Shown piece by piece: positions 47,437 through 59,797 of a DNA stretch of 64,000 nt (position 1 is the stretch's first letter; each line of letters begins with the position of its first letter). This DNA is from Ascoidea asiatica JCM 7603 (Eukaryota; Fungi; Ascomycota). Both the position numbers and the translations under genes were made by a program. The notes under the pieces are model-generated. The model was not told the origin of the DNA, ran no database searches, and saw only the letters and a list, made by a program, of their open reading frames with translations. The stretch is taken from NCBI GenBank assembly GCA_001600695.1, contig BCKQ01000009.1, forward strand, positions 419,225 through 483,224. Reading direction: 5' to 3'.

Positions 47437-48795
47437 ATGACTGAAATTAATGGTCGTGTTCCAACTTTAGACCCAAAACAAAATAATATTCGAAATATTC
47501 AAAATCAAATTAATCAAAATAAAAGAATTGCAGAAAAGAATAATGAACCAATAAGAGTACCTTCATTTTCATTAAATACTAATAGAGGTGTTACAAATGG
47601 AGTTTCTAATACCTCTAATAATTCTGGAATGAAAGTAAATGGTAATGGTAATGGTTTCAATAATGGTAATATAAATGGAAATATCCCAAACAATAATATC
47701 AATAATAATATCAAAAGTAATGGTAATGTTAATGTAAATAATAATGGAATATCATTTTCAAGAAATGCTCCAACTTTTTCAACACCTTCAGTTTCTCCTC
47801 CTCAAGTTTCTGCTCCTCAGGTTTCTGCTCCTCAAGTTTCAACAAATGAAGTACAAGCAACAATTGTATCTCCAAAAGAAAGAGTTTTAGATCAACCAAC
47901 TCCAATTCCAATTATACCAAAAGAACAAATTCAAACATCTGAATCAATTAATAATAAACAATTAAATGGAAATATTAACATTAATGGAAATAATAAAATT
48001 AAAAAAACTAAAAAAATTATTCGTAAAAAACCAATAAAACCAAAAAAATATGATAAAACAATTTGGATTTCTGGTCATTCATTAACAATTTCATTTGGTT
48101 TAATTTATATTTTAACAAAATTAATTAAATTTTTAATTTTTACAATTTGTTTAATTTCTTTTAATTATAAATATTATAAAACTTTTAAAAAATTAAATCT
48201 TATAAATAAAATTTCATATAGATTATCTTTAATTGGAGTTTTAATTTCTTATACTTTAACAATTTATAAAAAATATGGTAAAAAATTACCATCAAATTTT
48301 GCTTTATTATCAACAGAAAATTTTCAATATTTATTATTATCAATTGTTTGGTTATTAACATCTTCATCAATTTTAAAAATTTTTCCATATATAATTATAT
48401 CAATTTTTCAAATTTTAAATGAATTTAAAATTTTAAATAAATTTATAAATTTAAAAAATCAAAAATTATTATTATTAATAATTTCATATAATGAAATTTT
48501 AATAATTTTTAAATTAATTTTTGATACAATTTTATTAAAAGGTACAAGTGGTTTTGCATTAATTATATTTTTAATATTTTTTTGGTTAAGAATTTTATTT
48601 ATACCACAAACAAAATTTTTTATTTTAAATTTATTAAATAATTTTGAGAATAAATTTTTAAATAAATTACCAAAAAAATATAAAGAAGAATATTTTGTTA
48701 TAAAAAGTAAAATTGAAGATAAAGAAGCAAAAGGTGAAGAAATGATTGAAAAAGAGAATATTAAAATGAATAAAATGGAAAAATTAGTTAATTAA
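47437..48795 (+). CDS. TMEM33/Pom33/Per33-family ER and nuclear-pore membrane protein with a long disordered N-terminus
   Basis: ATG at 47437. WISGH, YRLSLIGVLISY, LLSTENFQYLLLSIVWL, FPYIIISIF and FFWLR. Confidence 0.8.
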   Translation: MTEINGRVPTLDPKQNNIRNIQNQINQNKRIAEKNNEPIRVPSFSLNTNRGVTNGVSNTSNNSGMKVNGNGNGFNNGNINGNIPNNNINNNIKSNGNVNVNNNGISFSRNAPTFSTPSVSPPQVSAPQVSAPQVSTNEVQATIVSPKERVLDQPTPIPIIPKEQIQTSESINNKQLNGNININGNNKIKKTKKIIRKKPIKPKKYDKTIWISGHSLTISFGLIYILTKLIKFLIFTICLISFNYKYYKTFKKLNLINKISYRLSLIGVLISYTLTIYKKYGKKLPSNFALLSTENFQYLLLSIVWLLTSSSILKIFPYIIISIFQILNEFKILNKFINLKNQKLLLLIISYNEILIIFKLIFDTILLKGTSGFALIIFLIFFWLRILFIPQTKFFILNLLNNFENKFLNKLPKKYKEEYFVIKSKIEDKEAKGEEMIEKENIKMNKMEKLVN

Positions 48796-49101
48796 TTAGG
48801 TAAATTAAGATTAATTTTAACATTATATAATATTATATAATATTATACTTGTTGAATATATAATAATTTTATAGTTTTTTTTTCAATTGAATAAGTTATT
48901 TTAAATATAAGAGATAAAAATGTAGGATGAAATAAAAAGGATAAAAAAAAGAAAAAGAATTTAAACATAAAACATAAAACATAAAGCATTAGATGATTAA
49001 GATAATTGAGTAATGAATAAATGAAAAAAATTAATAAAAAAACAAAAGAATAAAAGAATAAAAGAATAAAAGAATAAAAGAAGAAGAATATAAAAAAAAT
49101 T

Positions 49102-50034
49102 TCATAGAAAATAATCAGATCTTTGATTTTTTTGTGGAGCCATTTTTTCAGTATCATCAGGTACAGCAGAAAAAATTTTAAAATCAGGAATTAAATTTGA
49201 ATCAACTTTCATTACACTTGCCACATTACCACATCTATAACAATAATTTGGAGCAGACCAAACAGTTACAACTGATTTTTCTTTAAAATGATATTTAAAA
49301 CCTTCCATGACTAATTGATGAGCTCTTGCAATAAGATTTAAATTATTTACATGATTAAATTCTTTTGAAATATTGGAACCAAATAAATAACCTGCACCTC
49401 TTGGAGATAAAGCCCAAGTTTGTATAGAATCATCAGGATCACTCCAAAGTAAATCACAAAAACCACCTTCATGAGGAACTTCTTGAGCTCTTGAAATAAT
49501 TCTAATTTGATCTAACATTCTAATTTCAGGAGATAAACCACCATGTAAACATAAAATTTTACCATCAATAATTGCAGCTAAAGTTAAAAAATCAAAAACT
49601 TGACAACAATATTTCCAAACAGTGGAAGAACCATATTTTGTTAAACATTCTTCATAAAATCCATAAACTTGAGTAATTTGTCTTGATTCATGGTTACCTC
49701 TAACTAAAGTAATTTTATTTGGATATTTAATTTTTAAACACATTAATAAAGTAAAAGTTTCTAAAGAAAAATAACCTCTATCAACATAATCACCAGAAAA
49801 TATATAATTAACTTTATCTGGAAAACCACCAGAAATTCTAAATAATTCTAATAAATCATGAAATTGACCATGAATATCACCACAAACAGTAACTGGAGTT
49901 CTAACAGGTTGAATATTTGATTCTTCAATTAAAATTTCTTTTACTCTTTCACATAATTTTTTCATATCATTTTCAGGTAATGATTGACATTTTTTAACTT
50001 CTTCAAGCCATTGATCTGGACCTCTTTCAACCAT
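49102..50034 (-). CDS. SIT4: PP6/Sit4 serine/threonine phosphatase catalytic subunit
   Basis: [54 protein letters not shown] and C-terminal DYFL. Confidence 0.97.
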   Translation of the reverse strand: MVERGPDQWLEEVKKCQSLPENDMKKLCERVKEILIEESNIQPVRTPVTVCGDIHGQFHDLLELFRISGGFPDKVNYIFSGDYVDRGYFSLETFTLLMCLKIKYPNKITLVRGNHESRQITQVYGFYEECLTKYGSSTVWKYCCQVFDFLTLAAIIDGKILCLHGGLSPEIRMLDQIRIISRAQEVPHEGGFCDLLWSDPDDSIQTWALSPRGAGYLFGSNISKEFNHVNNLNLIARAHQLVMEGFKYHFKEKSVVTVWSAPNYCYRCGNVASVMKVDSNLIPDFKIFSAVPDDTEKMAPQKNQRSDYFL

Positions 50035-52047
50035 TTTAATATTTTATTTTATTATTTTATTATTTCAATTTTCTTTTGTTATATTATTCTTTATGAATAT
50101 GTTATAAATAATTGTCTTTATATTATATTTTATATACTATATTGTATATTTATTAAGGATGGATATTGAATAAAGAATGTAAATGGAAAATAATCTTTAA
50201 TTAATTTCTTTGATTTATATTATATCGAATATTAAATTTACATTCAAATTTACATTTAATTTCAAATTTTATTTCAATTTCCAAATTAAATTCAGGCTCA
50301 AGTTCATATTCTGGTTCTAAACTAGTTTTGGTTTTGGTTCTTGTTTAGGATATGGAAATTGATCTAGAAGTGGTGAAGGAAGTAGTAGCGTTAGCTGCGG
50401 GAGTGAATTTTTTGGCGGTGAATTTGACTGACTGTGCGAGGCCAAGAGAAAAGGCAAAGGCAAGAGCAAGGGCTGGTTGACGAGTGGTGAAAAATGGAAG
50501 GAAAGAAGAAAGAAAGAAAGAGAAGAGGAAAGGAGTGGGTGGGTCAGCTGACCGGGCACAGGCCTGCTCCATTGCCAAAAAACAATTGGACTGTTCTGTT
50601 GACCTAGTATTTTCATGTTTTTGTCCCTTGACCTTAACTCCGGGCTTGGGATAGCACTAGGCGCATTACATCATTTGCCACAGGTACACCTTTTCCTCGG
50701 GTCCCGATAGTTTTACAAATGTCCCAGGACGTGTTTCACTGCAGCCTGCTTACACAAGTGGCGCTGCGTGGGTGTGGAGCATGCTATAGTGGCACTGCGC
50801 TGTGGATTGTGATTATTGCACTGAAGAGTAACGATATTAAGAAAAGTAATACCAGAAATAACAAATACAAATAAAGGCTACCGTTCAACAAAGCACATTT
50901 CAAATGTTCCTGTAACAATCAATCAATGCTAACAAATGCTAACAATAACAGAGACTGTTCCTTTTCTTGTTGTTAAATAATACCTCACTCTTTTCCTAAT
51001 CAATAAAATATTATTATATCTTAACAATACTAAAGATACTAACAATACTAATAAAGTATTAATAATATCATAACAATAGTATCATCAATCATCATTCATT
51101 TAATCCATCAATTAATCCATCAATCAATTATATCTTATTTTTATTCCAATCTCATCTTAAAACATAATCATCTCATCATCTTCTTCAATTCAATTCAATT
51201 CAATCTTAATCTCAAAGAGGAAAAAAAAAAAGAAACTGATTCAGAAATAGAAACAGAAAGAGAAACAAAATTTATAAAATCATCAAATAATAAATATTCA
51301 ATTAAATTCTATTTAAATATTCAAGTAAATCATTAAATAAATCATTAAATAAATCATCAAATAAATCATCATCAATCAAATAATCAAATAAATCTTTATT
51401 CAATCCTTTTTATTCTTTTCTCTCCTTTATTATTATTATTCTTTCCAAACACTAGTGACTCTGCTTTAAATTTCAAGAACTCTGATATTTTAATTAATTC
51501 TTTTTCTTTGATATTTTATTCTTTTTATATCTATTGTATATCTCCTATAGTTTTTAAAAGCTCAAATATAAACTAGTAATTGAAAATTAGAAACTAGAAT
51601 TTGTAAATTATTATTTATAATTTATTTATCATCTTATTTTTTATTCACTCATACTATTTATTTTATTTATTATTCACTTATTTATATTAGAATTTAAGGT
51701 TAACTGTCTTCAATATAATATTATTATATATCAAATATCCTAATATTTTAATATCTACAGTATACTATATCACATATTATATTACACATCATATAATAAT
51801 ATATTCAATCAATCAATCAATTAATCAATTCATTAATCAATCAATATTAATATATTCAAATATATATATATAAAATACATATAGTATATAATATAGAAAT
51901 GATATTTATTTAAATCACTTTAATCCATCCATATATCATAACATAATATACTTATTTACATAAAACATATAATATATTTTCATCATTTTTAATCCATTCT
52001 TTATTATCTTTATTTATTTATATCATTTATTATTATTAGCTATAATA

Positions 52048-52142
52048 ATGGTTTTTGATACTATTAAAAGATTAATTAAATTCTCAAATAATAATAACAA
52101 TAATAATAATAATACCGCTAATAATACTAATAACAATACAAC

Positions 52143-52183
<41 letters not shown>

Positions 52184-55100
52184 TGAATATTAATAATACA
52201 TCAAATAATATAAGTAATATAAATAAATCAATAAGTAATATAGATAATAAATCCATTTCAAATGACATTTCAATTAATAATTCAAAAGACAATTCAAATG
52301 ACAATATAAATAATAATATACATAATAATATAAATGAAAACTCAAATTCAAATTCAAATTCAAATTCAAATTCAAATTCAAATTCAAATTCACATATAAT
52401 TGATAAAGACAACAACAACGACAATAAATTTCCAGATATTAATGATTATTTAGATACTTATGATTCTGATGAATCACTCTCAAATTCTTCTATATTAAAT
52501 AATAATGATAAAAAAAATATATCTAGTTTTAAAAATAAAATCAAAAATAAAATTAAAATTGGTAATAATACTACCAATAACATTAATAATAATAATAATG
52601 AAATTAAAAATGAAATTAAAAATGATTTACCAATTTATAAAGAATTATCAAATCGTTATATTTTAATTAAAAAAATTGGTGAAGGTGCTTTTTCAAATGT
52701 TTATAAAGCAAAAGATAAAAAAAATAATAATAAAATTATAGCTATAAAAATTATTAATTATTCAAATTTAAATAATAATCAAATTAATTCAATTTATAAA
52801 GAAATTTTAATTATGAAAAAATTGAATCATAAAAATATTATAAAATTATTTTATTATATTAAATCTATTGAAAATTTTTTTTTAATTTTAGAATATTGTA
52901 AAGGTGGTGAATTATTTAATCAAATTATTAATTATACTTATTTTTCTGAAGATTTATCAAGACATATAATTATTCAATTATGTAAAGCTGTAAATTATTT
53001 ACATAATTATATTGGTATTGTTCATAGAGATATTAAACCTGAAAATATTTTATTTATACCAATAAATACTTTAAAAAGATCAAATTCTGAATTTATTAAA
53101 AGTAAAAGAAAATCTGATACTAATACAAAAAAAGATGAAGGTAGATTTATTGAAAATATTGGTGGTGCAACTATTGGTATAATAAAATTAGCTGATTTTG
53201 GTTTAAGTAAAATTTTAACTTCAGATTCAAATTTAAAAACTCCATGTGGTACTTTAACATATTCTGCTCCTGAAATTATTAAAGATGGTCCATATTCAAA
53301 ATCTGTTGATATTTGGGCAATTGGTTGTGTTTTATATATATTATTATGTGGTTTTCCACCTTTTTATTTAAATAATGAAACTTCAAATGAAGCTGATAAA
53401 AAAAATTTAGAAGTTAAAATTTTAAATGGTGATTATAAATTTTTAAAACCATGGTGGGATGAAATTTCAATTGATGCAAAAGATTTAATTCAAAATTTAT
53501 TAAACGTTGATCCTTTAAAAAGATTTACAATTGATCAAATTTTAAATCATAAATGGATTTTAAATGGTAAATCTTCTGTATATACAAAAGAAGAATTAGA
53601 TGAATTAAATAATATTAATAAAATTAATAATCCATCAGAAAATAATCCTTTAGAAAATGATAATGACATAGATAATACTAAATTTGATTCAATTGATGAT
53701 ATTGATGATTATTTTTCAAATGTTCAAAAAATTAAAAATTTTGGAAATAGTAATAAAGAAAAAGAAAAAGAAAAAGAAAAATTAAGAGAAAGAGTAAAAG
53801 AACATAAAATTGAAAATGAAGAGGTATACTCAAAACCAAAATCTAAACAGAAATCCAAAATTTCAATCAATAATAATATTGATATTCCAAGCAAAAGAAA
53901 AATTCAAAGTAATAAACCTGGTAGCCCAACTATTGAATTAAATAAAGTTAATGTTACTACTTCTATATCCAAAAATAAAAATACAACTTTAGCAATTGGT
54001 GGGTTTATAGAATCTCATTCTTCAAGTTCTCAAGTTGATTTAGTAGATTCAAGTGAAAATCTTCAAGAATTTTTTTCAGATAATATAGAATCAAAAAATA
54101 GAAGATCAATATTGAAAAGTTTTGATCAATCTATTGATATTCAAAGACAAAACTCCGATTTATTAGTTAATGGTTTTACTTCTCCATTAATTTTAAATAA
54201 ACAATTTCAAGGAAATTTCGATGAAATTCAAGAAAATCAAGAAGATAATATAGATAATGATTTTCTTGGAAGTAATGAAAGTGAATTAAATAGTAATTTC
54301 TCTGCTAAGGATAGTTCAGATGAAGAAGAATATAATAATAATAATGACAGTAATGGAAGTGGTAATGATGCTCATAGTGTGAATTTAAAAGATTTTGGTG
54401 ATGATATTGATTACAGTATTTCTAATAGAGGTTTACTTCAAAGTGTTTTGAAATTTAAAGAACCAGAATATCAGAATTATAAGCCTGCTATCATTCAAAA
54501 TAGATTTCAAGCTCACTCAACATTTTCAAGTGATGATGATGACGATGATGACGATGATGATGATTATGATGACGATGATGAAACCGAAAGTGATTTAGAT
54601 GATGAAACAGAAGAAGAACTGGAACAAGAAAATCTTGATTACTCAATTCATGAATTCGTTCGTGATTCTTCTCAATCTAGAACCATTTCAGAAACTACAA
54701 GTAAAACAGAAGGTTTACTAAATCCAGCAAGTTTGAATTCTCCTTTTGTGTCTAACTTTAATTTATCAAATGAAATTCTTACCAATGATTGTTCTGTATT
54801 AGCATTCAGTGATGAAGAAAATAATATATTGAGAGGAAAATTTGGATCTTCAATTGATGATGATAATGGAATACAATTATTAACCCCACCACGAAAAAAT
54901 TCTTCGAGATATTCCCCCAGAAGAAGTAGAAGAGAATCAATGTCCTTAGATATCAAACCTGCTCTTCTATCTCCGAGCCAAATTAAAAGTGAAAATATTA
55001 AATTAAATAAGAGTACAGAAACGGCAACGAACTCTATTCTAGTTACTAAAAAAGATCAAAATCCACACTCTGCTTGTTTTGACACTTCCAACTGTGCTAA

Positions 55101-55374
55101 AACTCATTTTGTGGAGCCTATAAATAAAATAAATGTTTTACATAAATCTCTTCCGAGAACTCCATGTCCTGGCTCAAATTATAAAGAATCCTCCGTTTTT
55201 TCTGAAGAAGACCTGACAGAGAAAGATCAGTCTTTAAGTGTTAACTCTTCTACCCCCACCCCAAGCTTTGATAGTCAGTTCTCTCAACTAAGTGAACCGA
55301 ATTTTGATTTGAATATTTCAGGCTCTTCAATGCTAGCTAGAAGAAAGAAAAAAACAAATCTCAAAAATCTATAA
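52048..55374 (+). CDS. RCK2: CaMK/MAPKAP-type kinase, Rck1/Rck2/Srk1-like
   Basis: IGEGAFSNVY, TYFSEDLSRH, HRDIKPEN, the Rck-specific insert KKDEGRFIENIGGATIGIIKLADFG, and FLKPWWDEIS. Confidence 0.88.
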
Positions 55375-56431
55375 TACTAATTTATTGATACTAATCAGTT
55401 CTTAAAATGGATCATTTCCATTGGTTTTATCAAAATTTATCCTCAATTCCAAAATAATGTTGCTTTTATTATTTAATTTATTTTCTTTTTATTTGTCAGT
55501 GTTTTTTTCGATCATATTGTTTTTTATGTTTCTTTTTTGATTTTTTTTCAAGTGGCGTTCTCATTTTGTTGTTTTGTTATCTTTTTTCTCTTTTTTTTTT
55601 AAAAAATAACATTGATTTTCCAGAGTTTTTCTATACATTTTGTTTAACATTGTTTTTTAATTATTTTACTTTTTATAAATTTAAATCTCAGATATTTTTA
55701 TTTACTCACTTTACATTCAATTTTTTTTTCTCTTCATCAAATTTCACTATTTCAAATATTTTTTAACTTTTTTTTTCTTCAAAGCATTTGTGTTTATAGA
55801 ATCCAACAATCAAATTTCATGTTTTTAGTTCTTTTCAAAAATTATTTGCTTTTATTATTTCGTAGAGCGTAAACTTTGATAATTCTACGAGTATAGCAAA
55901 ATTTGATTTTTTTAGAAAAATTAAGCCAAATTTGATTATTGTATATTGAAGTAGAAAAGAATTATATATGTTTGATAGGTATTTGTACCTATCAAAATTG
56001 AAACAAAGAAGAGGACAAAAAAATTATTAAGATTAATTTTCAAATTCAGGTTAAATAAATTAGATTAAAAATAAAAAAATTAAAATTGAAAGGTATAAGA
56101 AAATATGAAAGGAATGTGATGAAAATATGAAAATGCCATTGTGCCCATGATAAATTATTTTCTATACAGTATTCAAATTAAAAAAAATAAGAAAAAATTA
56201 GGATTTGAAGAAAAAATATTGTTTTAAAAAAAATGATCGCCACACCGGTAATGAAACTTATAAATAGTCAAAGATAATTTTTGGACTATTTAATAAATTA
56301 TTATAGTAAAATAAAAAAAGAAAAATTGAATTCTTCGATTTTTTTAAAATAAAAAAATGCATAAGGATAAAAACAGAAACTTAGACAAAAAAAATTTATG
56401 ACTCAATTTAAAGCGAAGCGCTGTAAAAATA

Positions 56432-59400
56432 CTAAAAATTAATTGCTTGATTAATAGTTGTATTTCTGGGTCTATTTGGAACTTCACTGAACCTATCAGA
56501 TTCGGCTGCAGCACCATCATTTACGAAATCAAAATCATCCAGATCATCATTAAGATTATGAAGGGGTTGTTTAGGAGAGGTTTGAGAAGAATCTTTTTTT
56601 GACCAAAATTTCAAAAATTTACTCTTATCAGAAGATGATTTGGTGTGTGAAATGAAATTAGAATTAGCAGGATTACCATTTTTAGTAACCCATAATCCTT
56701 CAGAATTAACATATTTAACATCTTTGGTGGATCTATAATATTTGTACCAAAAAAATGCCACAACTCCTGCAATTAAGAAGGAACCAACAATTCCAACAAC
56801 ACATCCAATAACAATTTTTTTATTTTTTGATGAGAGTCCAGATGATGATACTAAAGTAGAATTTTCTTCAGTTGAAAAGGTAGCTTCTATAGTTTCAGAA
56901 GTAATATAAGTTTTGGTTTGAATGTGATTACCGACAGTCTGTGTGGTTGAAATATTAATTACAACTGTTTGATCAGTATCTGTTGAAGTTGTACCTGAAA
57001 TATGAGAATTCTCAGAGGTAACAGTAGTCACAACGGTTGATTTACTAACTGTGGTCGAGGTGTAGTATGATTTAGAAAATGAAGACGAAGAAGATGAGGA
57101 AGAAGATGAAGATGATGTTTCGGAAGACGAATCTTCAGTTTCGGATGCAAATACTGTTGAGCCTGAAAAACTGTCTGAAGATGGGGAAGCAGTTATCGAT
57201 GATTGGTCATCAGAGGATGAAGTGGAAGTTATAGACAGAGATGACGATATGCTAGATGAATTATCTGTCATAGAGGAAGATTCTTGGTCAGTAGATGAAT
57301 TTTCTTCGGAGGAAGAGTTTCCTTCAGTAGATGAATTTTCTTCGGAGGAAGAGTTTCCTTCAGTAGATGAGATTTCTTCAGTAGATGAATTTTCTGCAGA
57401 TGAGATTTCTCCAGTAGATGAATTTTCTTCAGATGAGGTTTCTCCAGTAGATGTAACTTCTTCAGAAGAAGTTTCTTCTGATGATGTTGATGAAGATGAA
57501 GATGAAGTAGAATTTGGCACCGATGATGAGTCTCTAGAGCTTGTTGTTTCTTCTGATGAAACTTCTTCGGAACTTGAAGCGGCTTCTGTAGATTCAGTTG
57601 ATATAGAAGTGATTGAGTGAGATGATGATGAGGATGATGAATCTGTAGAAGTGGAACCTGAGGTTGATTCCTCACTTGAAGTCAGATCTTGAGCAGTTGA
57701 AGATATACTTGATTGCCTGGATGTAGTTGAAGTAAAGCTATTATCTTCCGATTGAGAGGAAGTTGAGGATATAGTTGGGCTGTTTGTAGATGTAGATGAT
57801 TGAGTAGATGATGTAGATCTAGTAGAAGTTGTTGAAGTAGAAGATTGACTTGAAGATCTTGATGTAGTTTGAACAATAATCAGTGAAACGGATTCTTCAG
57901 TAGAAGATTCGTTGATAGATTCTTCAGTAGAGGAAGTCTCCAGAGAAGATTCTTGTGTAGGGATGTCTGATATAGTTGTCCCAGAGGTTGATGTCAGTGA
58001 TCTCGATGTAGATGTAGATGTTGATGAGGTTGATGCTGAAGTCGACGTAGATGTTGATGTTGGTTTAGTAGATGTTGTAGAAGGAGATGCGGAAGAAGAT
58101 GTTGATTCCGAAGTTGAAGTAGTTGTATGGATAGAAGAGATTGAAGTTGAAGTAGTGGATTGTTCATTTGAGGATGTTGCTTGAGATTCTTGATCTGATG
58201 ATTGATCTTGGGGATCAGATGTTGAACTTGGCTCATCCCGACTAGATTGAGTGGATTCTATAGATGTAGTAGCAGAAGAAGATATTTCTTGTTCAGATTG
58301 CGAAGAAGATGAAGTTTCTTGTTCAGATTGTGAAGTTGAAGTTTCCTGATTAGACTGTGAAGAATCTGAAGAAGTTGTAGAAGAATTTTGATCATCTCTT
58401 TTAATTAAACTTTTTTGAGATTTAATAATAAATTGATTTAAATAATTTTCAATTTCTTTTTTGATTGATTCCTCTTTGTCAAATTTAATATTTTCTTGGT
58501 CAATTTTATCATTTAAATCCTTTTCCAGGAAAGAATTTAGTGATCGAAAAGTATTAATTTCAATTTGAGGTTTTAGATCACTTTTATTAGTATTATTTTT
58601 ATTTTGATTTATAATTTGACTATTATTAATATTTTTATTTGCAAAAAAAACTGAAGAATGAGGAATTGATTTAATTTCAATTTGATTATCATTACTGCTA
58701 TTGTTTTTGTCATTATTGTAATTATTATTATTAGTATTGATATTACTATTAATGAAAAATATATGAATCAAACAAAAAAGTAAAAAAAATAAGAAAATTA
58801 AAAGGAAAGAAGTTAAAATTGGAAAAAAAATTAAATTTTTTTTCTTTTTTTTTAAATTCATAGGTTTTATATTAAAATTTAAGAATTTATTAAAATATTG
58901 ATTTTTTTCATTAATTTCATATTTTTCATTAACTTCATAATTACTATTTATAATTGAATTTGATGAAGAATTTAAAGGATAAGATTTATTATTTATTAAA
59001 TATAAATCTGTTAATGAAGAAGTTGAATAACTTCTTTTATGATTATAATTTTTTTTTAATAAATTTTTTTTATTATAACTTATAAATAATTGATTATCAT
59101 TAAGATTATTAAATGAAATTTTTTTAATTAAATTATTTTGAAAATTATTTTGAATTAAATTTGGAGAAGAATTTTTATTTGAAATATTCAATAAATTATC
59201 CATTGGTTTATTATCTATTGAATGATTATAATTTGATGAATTCAGAATAATTTCAGAAGTTATAGATCTTTTATGAGTGAAATTTATATTATTATTGTAG
59301 TTTATATTTTTATTACTTTGAGTATATTGATAATCTTCAATATCTTCAGAATCTTCCGAATCTTCAAAATCTTCAATATCTTCAATATCTTCAGAATACT

Positions 59401-59797
59401 CAAAATCTTCAAAATCTGTACTATCTTCAATTTCCTCGTTGACGTTTTGAAATGGATTAGATATTGAAATTAAGGGAATTTGAGATTTTGAATTATATTT
59501 AAAATCTTGAATTAAACTTTGATCTGTATTTGTTTTTGGTATTGGAACTGATATTGAAATTGGATTTGGAATTGAGGATAAATGTTTATTATTATTACTA
59601 TTGATTATTTGATAATTTTCATTACTTTGACTGATTTTATTTATTTCATAACCTTCATTGATATGAATATCTTCTTCATTGATGTTTTCGTTAATATGGT
59701 CATTAGATTGATTGATATCTTTTTTATTTATTGATATATTATCATTAATTAATATATTATTGAAAACATTTTCATTATTTTGTGGAGGAATTGACAT
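56432..59797 (-). CDS. Mid2/Mtl1-like Ser/Thr-rich cell-wall stress sensor with an N-terminal extension
   Basis: First ATG at 59797, alternative at 58861. A hydrophobic segment follows KKKKK, then a ~500-aa S/T-rich region and the Mid2-like GLSSKNKKIVIGCVVGIVG TM with a short acidic tail. Confidence 0.8.
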   Translation of the reverse strand: MSIPPQNNENVFNNILINDNISINKKDINQSNDHINENINEEDIHINEGYEINKISQSNENYQIINSNNNKHLSSIPNPISISVPIPKTNTDQSLIQDFKYNSKSQIPLISISNPFQNVNEEIEDSTDFEDFEYSEDIEDIEDFEDSEDSEDIEDYQYTQSNKNINYNNNINFTHKRSITSEIILNSSNYNHSIDNKPMDNLLNISNKNSSPNLIQNNFQNNLIKKISFNNLNDNQLFISYNKKNLLKKNYNHKRSYSTSSLTDLYLINNKSYPLNSSSNSIINSNYEVNEKYEINEKNQYFNKFLNFNIKPMNLKKKKKNLIFFPILTSFLLIFLFFLLFCLIHIFFINSNINTNNNNYNNDKNNSSNDNQIEIKSIPHSSVFFANKNINNSQIINQNKNNTNKSDLKPQIEINTFRSLNSFLEKDLNDKIDQENIKFDKEESIKKEIENYLNQFIIKSQKSLIKRDDQNSSTTSSDSSQSNQETSTSQSEQETSSSSQSEQEISSSATTSIESTQSSRDEPSSTSDPQDQSSDQESQATSSNEQSTTSTSISSIHTTTSTSESTSSSASPSTTSTKPTSTSTSTSASTSSTSTSTSRSLTSTSGTTISDIPTQESSLETSSTEESINESSTEESVSLIIVQTTSRSSSQSSTSTTSTRSTSSTQSSTSTNSPTISSTSSQSEDNSFTSTTSRQSSISSTAQDLTSSEESTSGSTSTDSSSSSSSHSITSISTESTEAASSSEEVSSEETTSSRDSSSVPNSTSSSSSSTSSEETSSEEVTSTGETSSEENSSTGEISSAENSSTEEISSTEGNSSSEENSSTEGNSSSEENSSTDQESSSMTDNSSSISSSLSITSTSSSDDQSSITASPSSDSFSGSTVFASETEDSSSETSSSSSSSSSSSSFSKSYYTSTTVSKSTVVTTVTSENSHISGTTSTDTDQTVVINISTTQTVGNHIQTKTYITSETIEATFSTEENSTLVSSSGLSSKNKKIVIGCVVGIVGSFLIAGVVAFFWYKYYRSTKDVKYVNSEGLWVTKNGNPANSNFISHTKSSSDKSKFLKFWSKKDSSQTSPKQPLHNLNDDLDDFDFVNDGAAAESDRFSEVPNRPRNTTINQAINF
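57289..57450 (-). repeat. Coding 18/36-bp minisatellite (SSEENSSTEGN-type) in the sensor ectodomain
   Basis: cagtagatgaattttcttcggaggaagagtttcctt x2 plus degenerate units. Confidence 0.8.

Noticed and set aside
52081-52420. Poly-Asn and NS tracts here and in many ORFs as prion-like domains
   Set aside because: They are pervasive AAT and AATTCA microsatellite expansions across unrelated genes, i.e. a genome-wide compositional trait.
57222-58236. Several 60-135 aa ORFs overlapping the sensor gene
   Set aside because: Antisense or alternate-frame shadows of Ser/Thr-rich repetitive codons.
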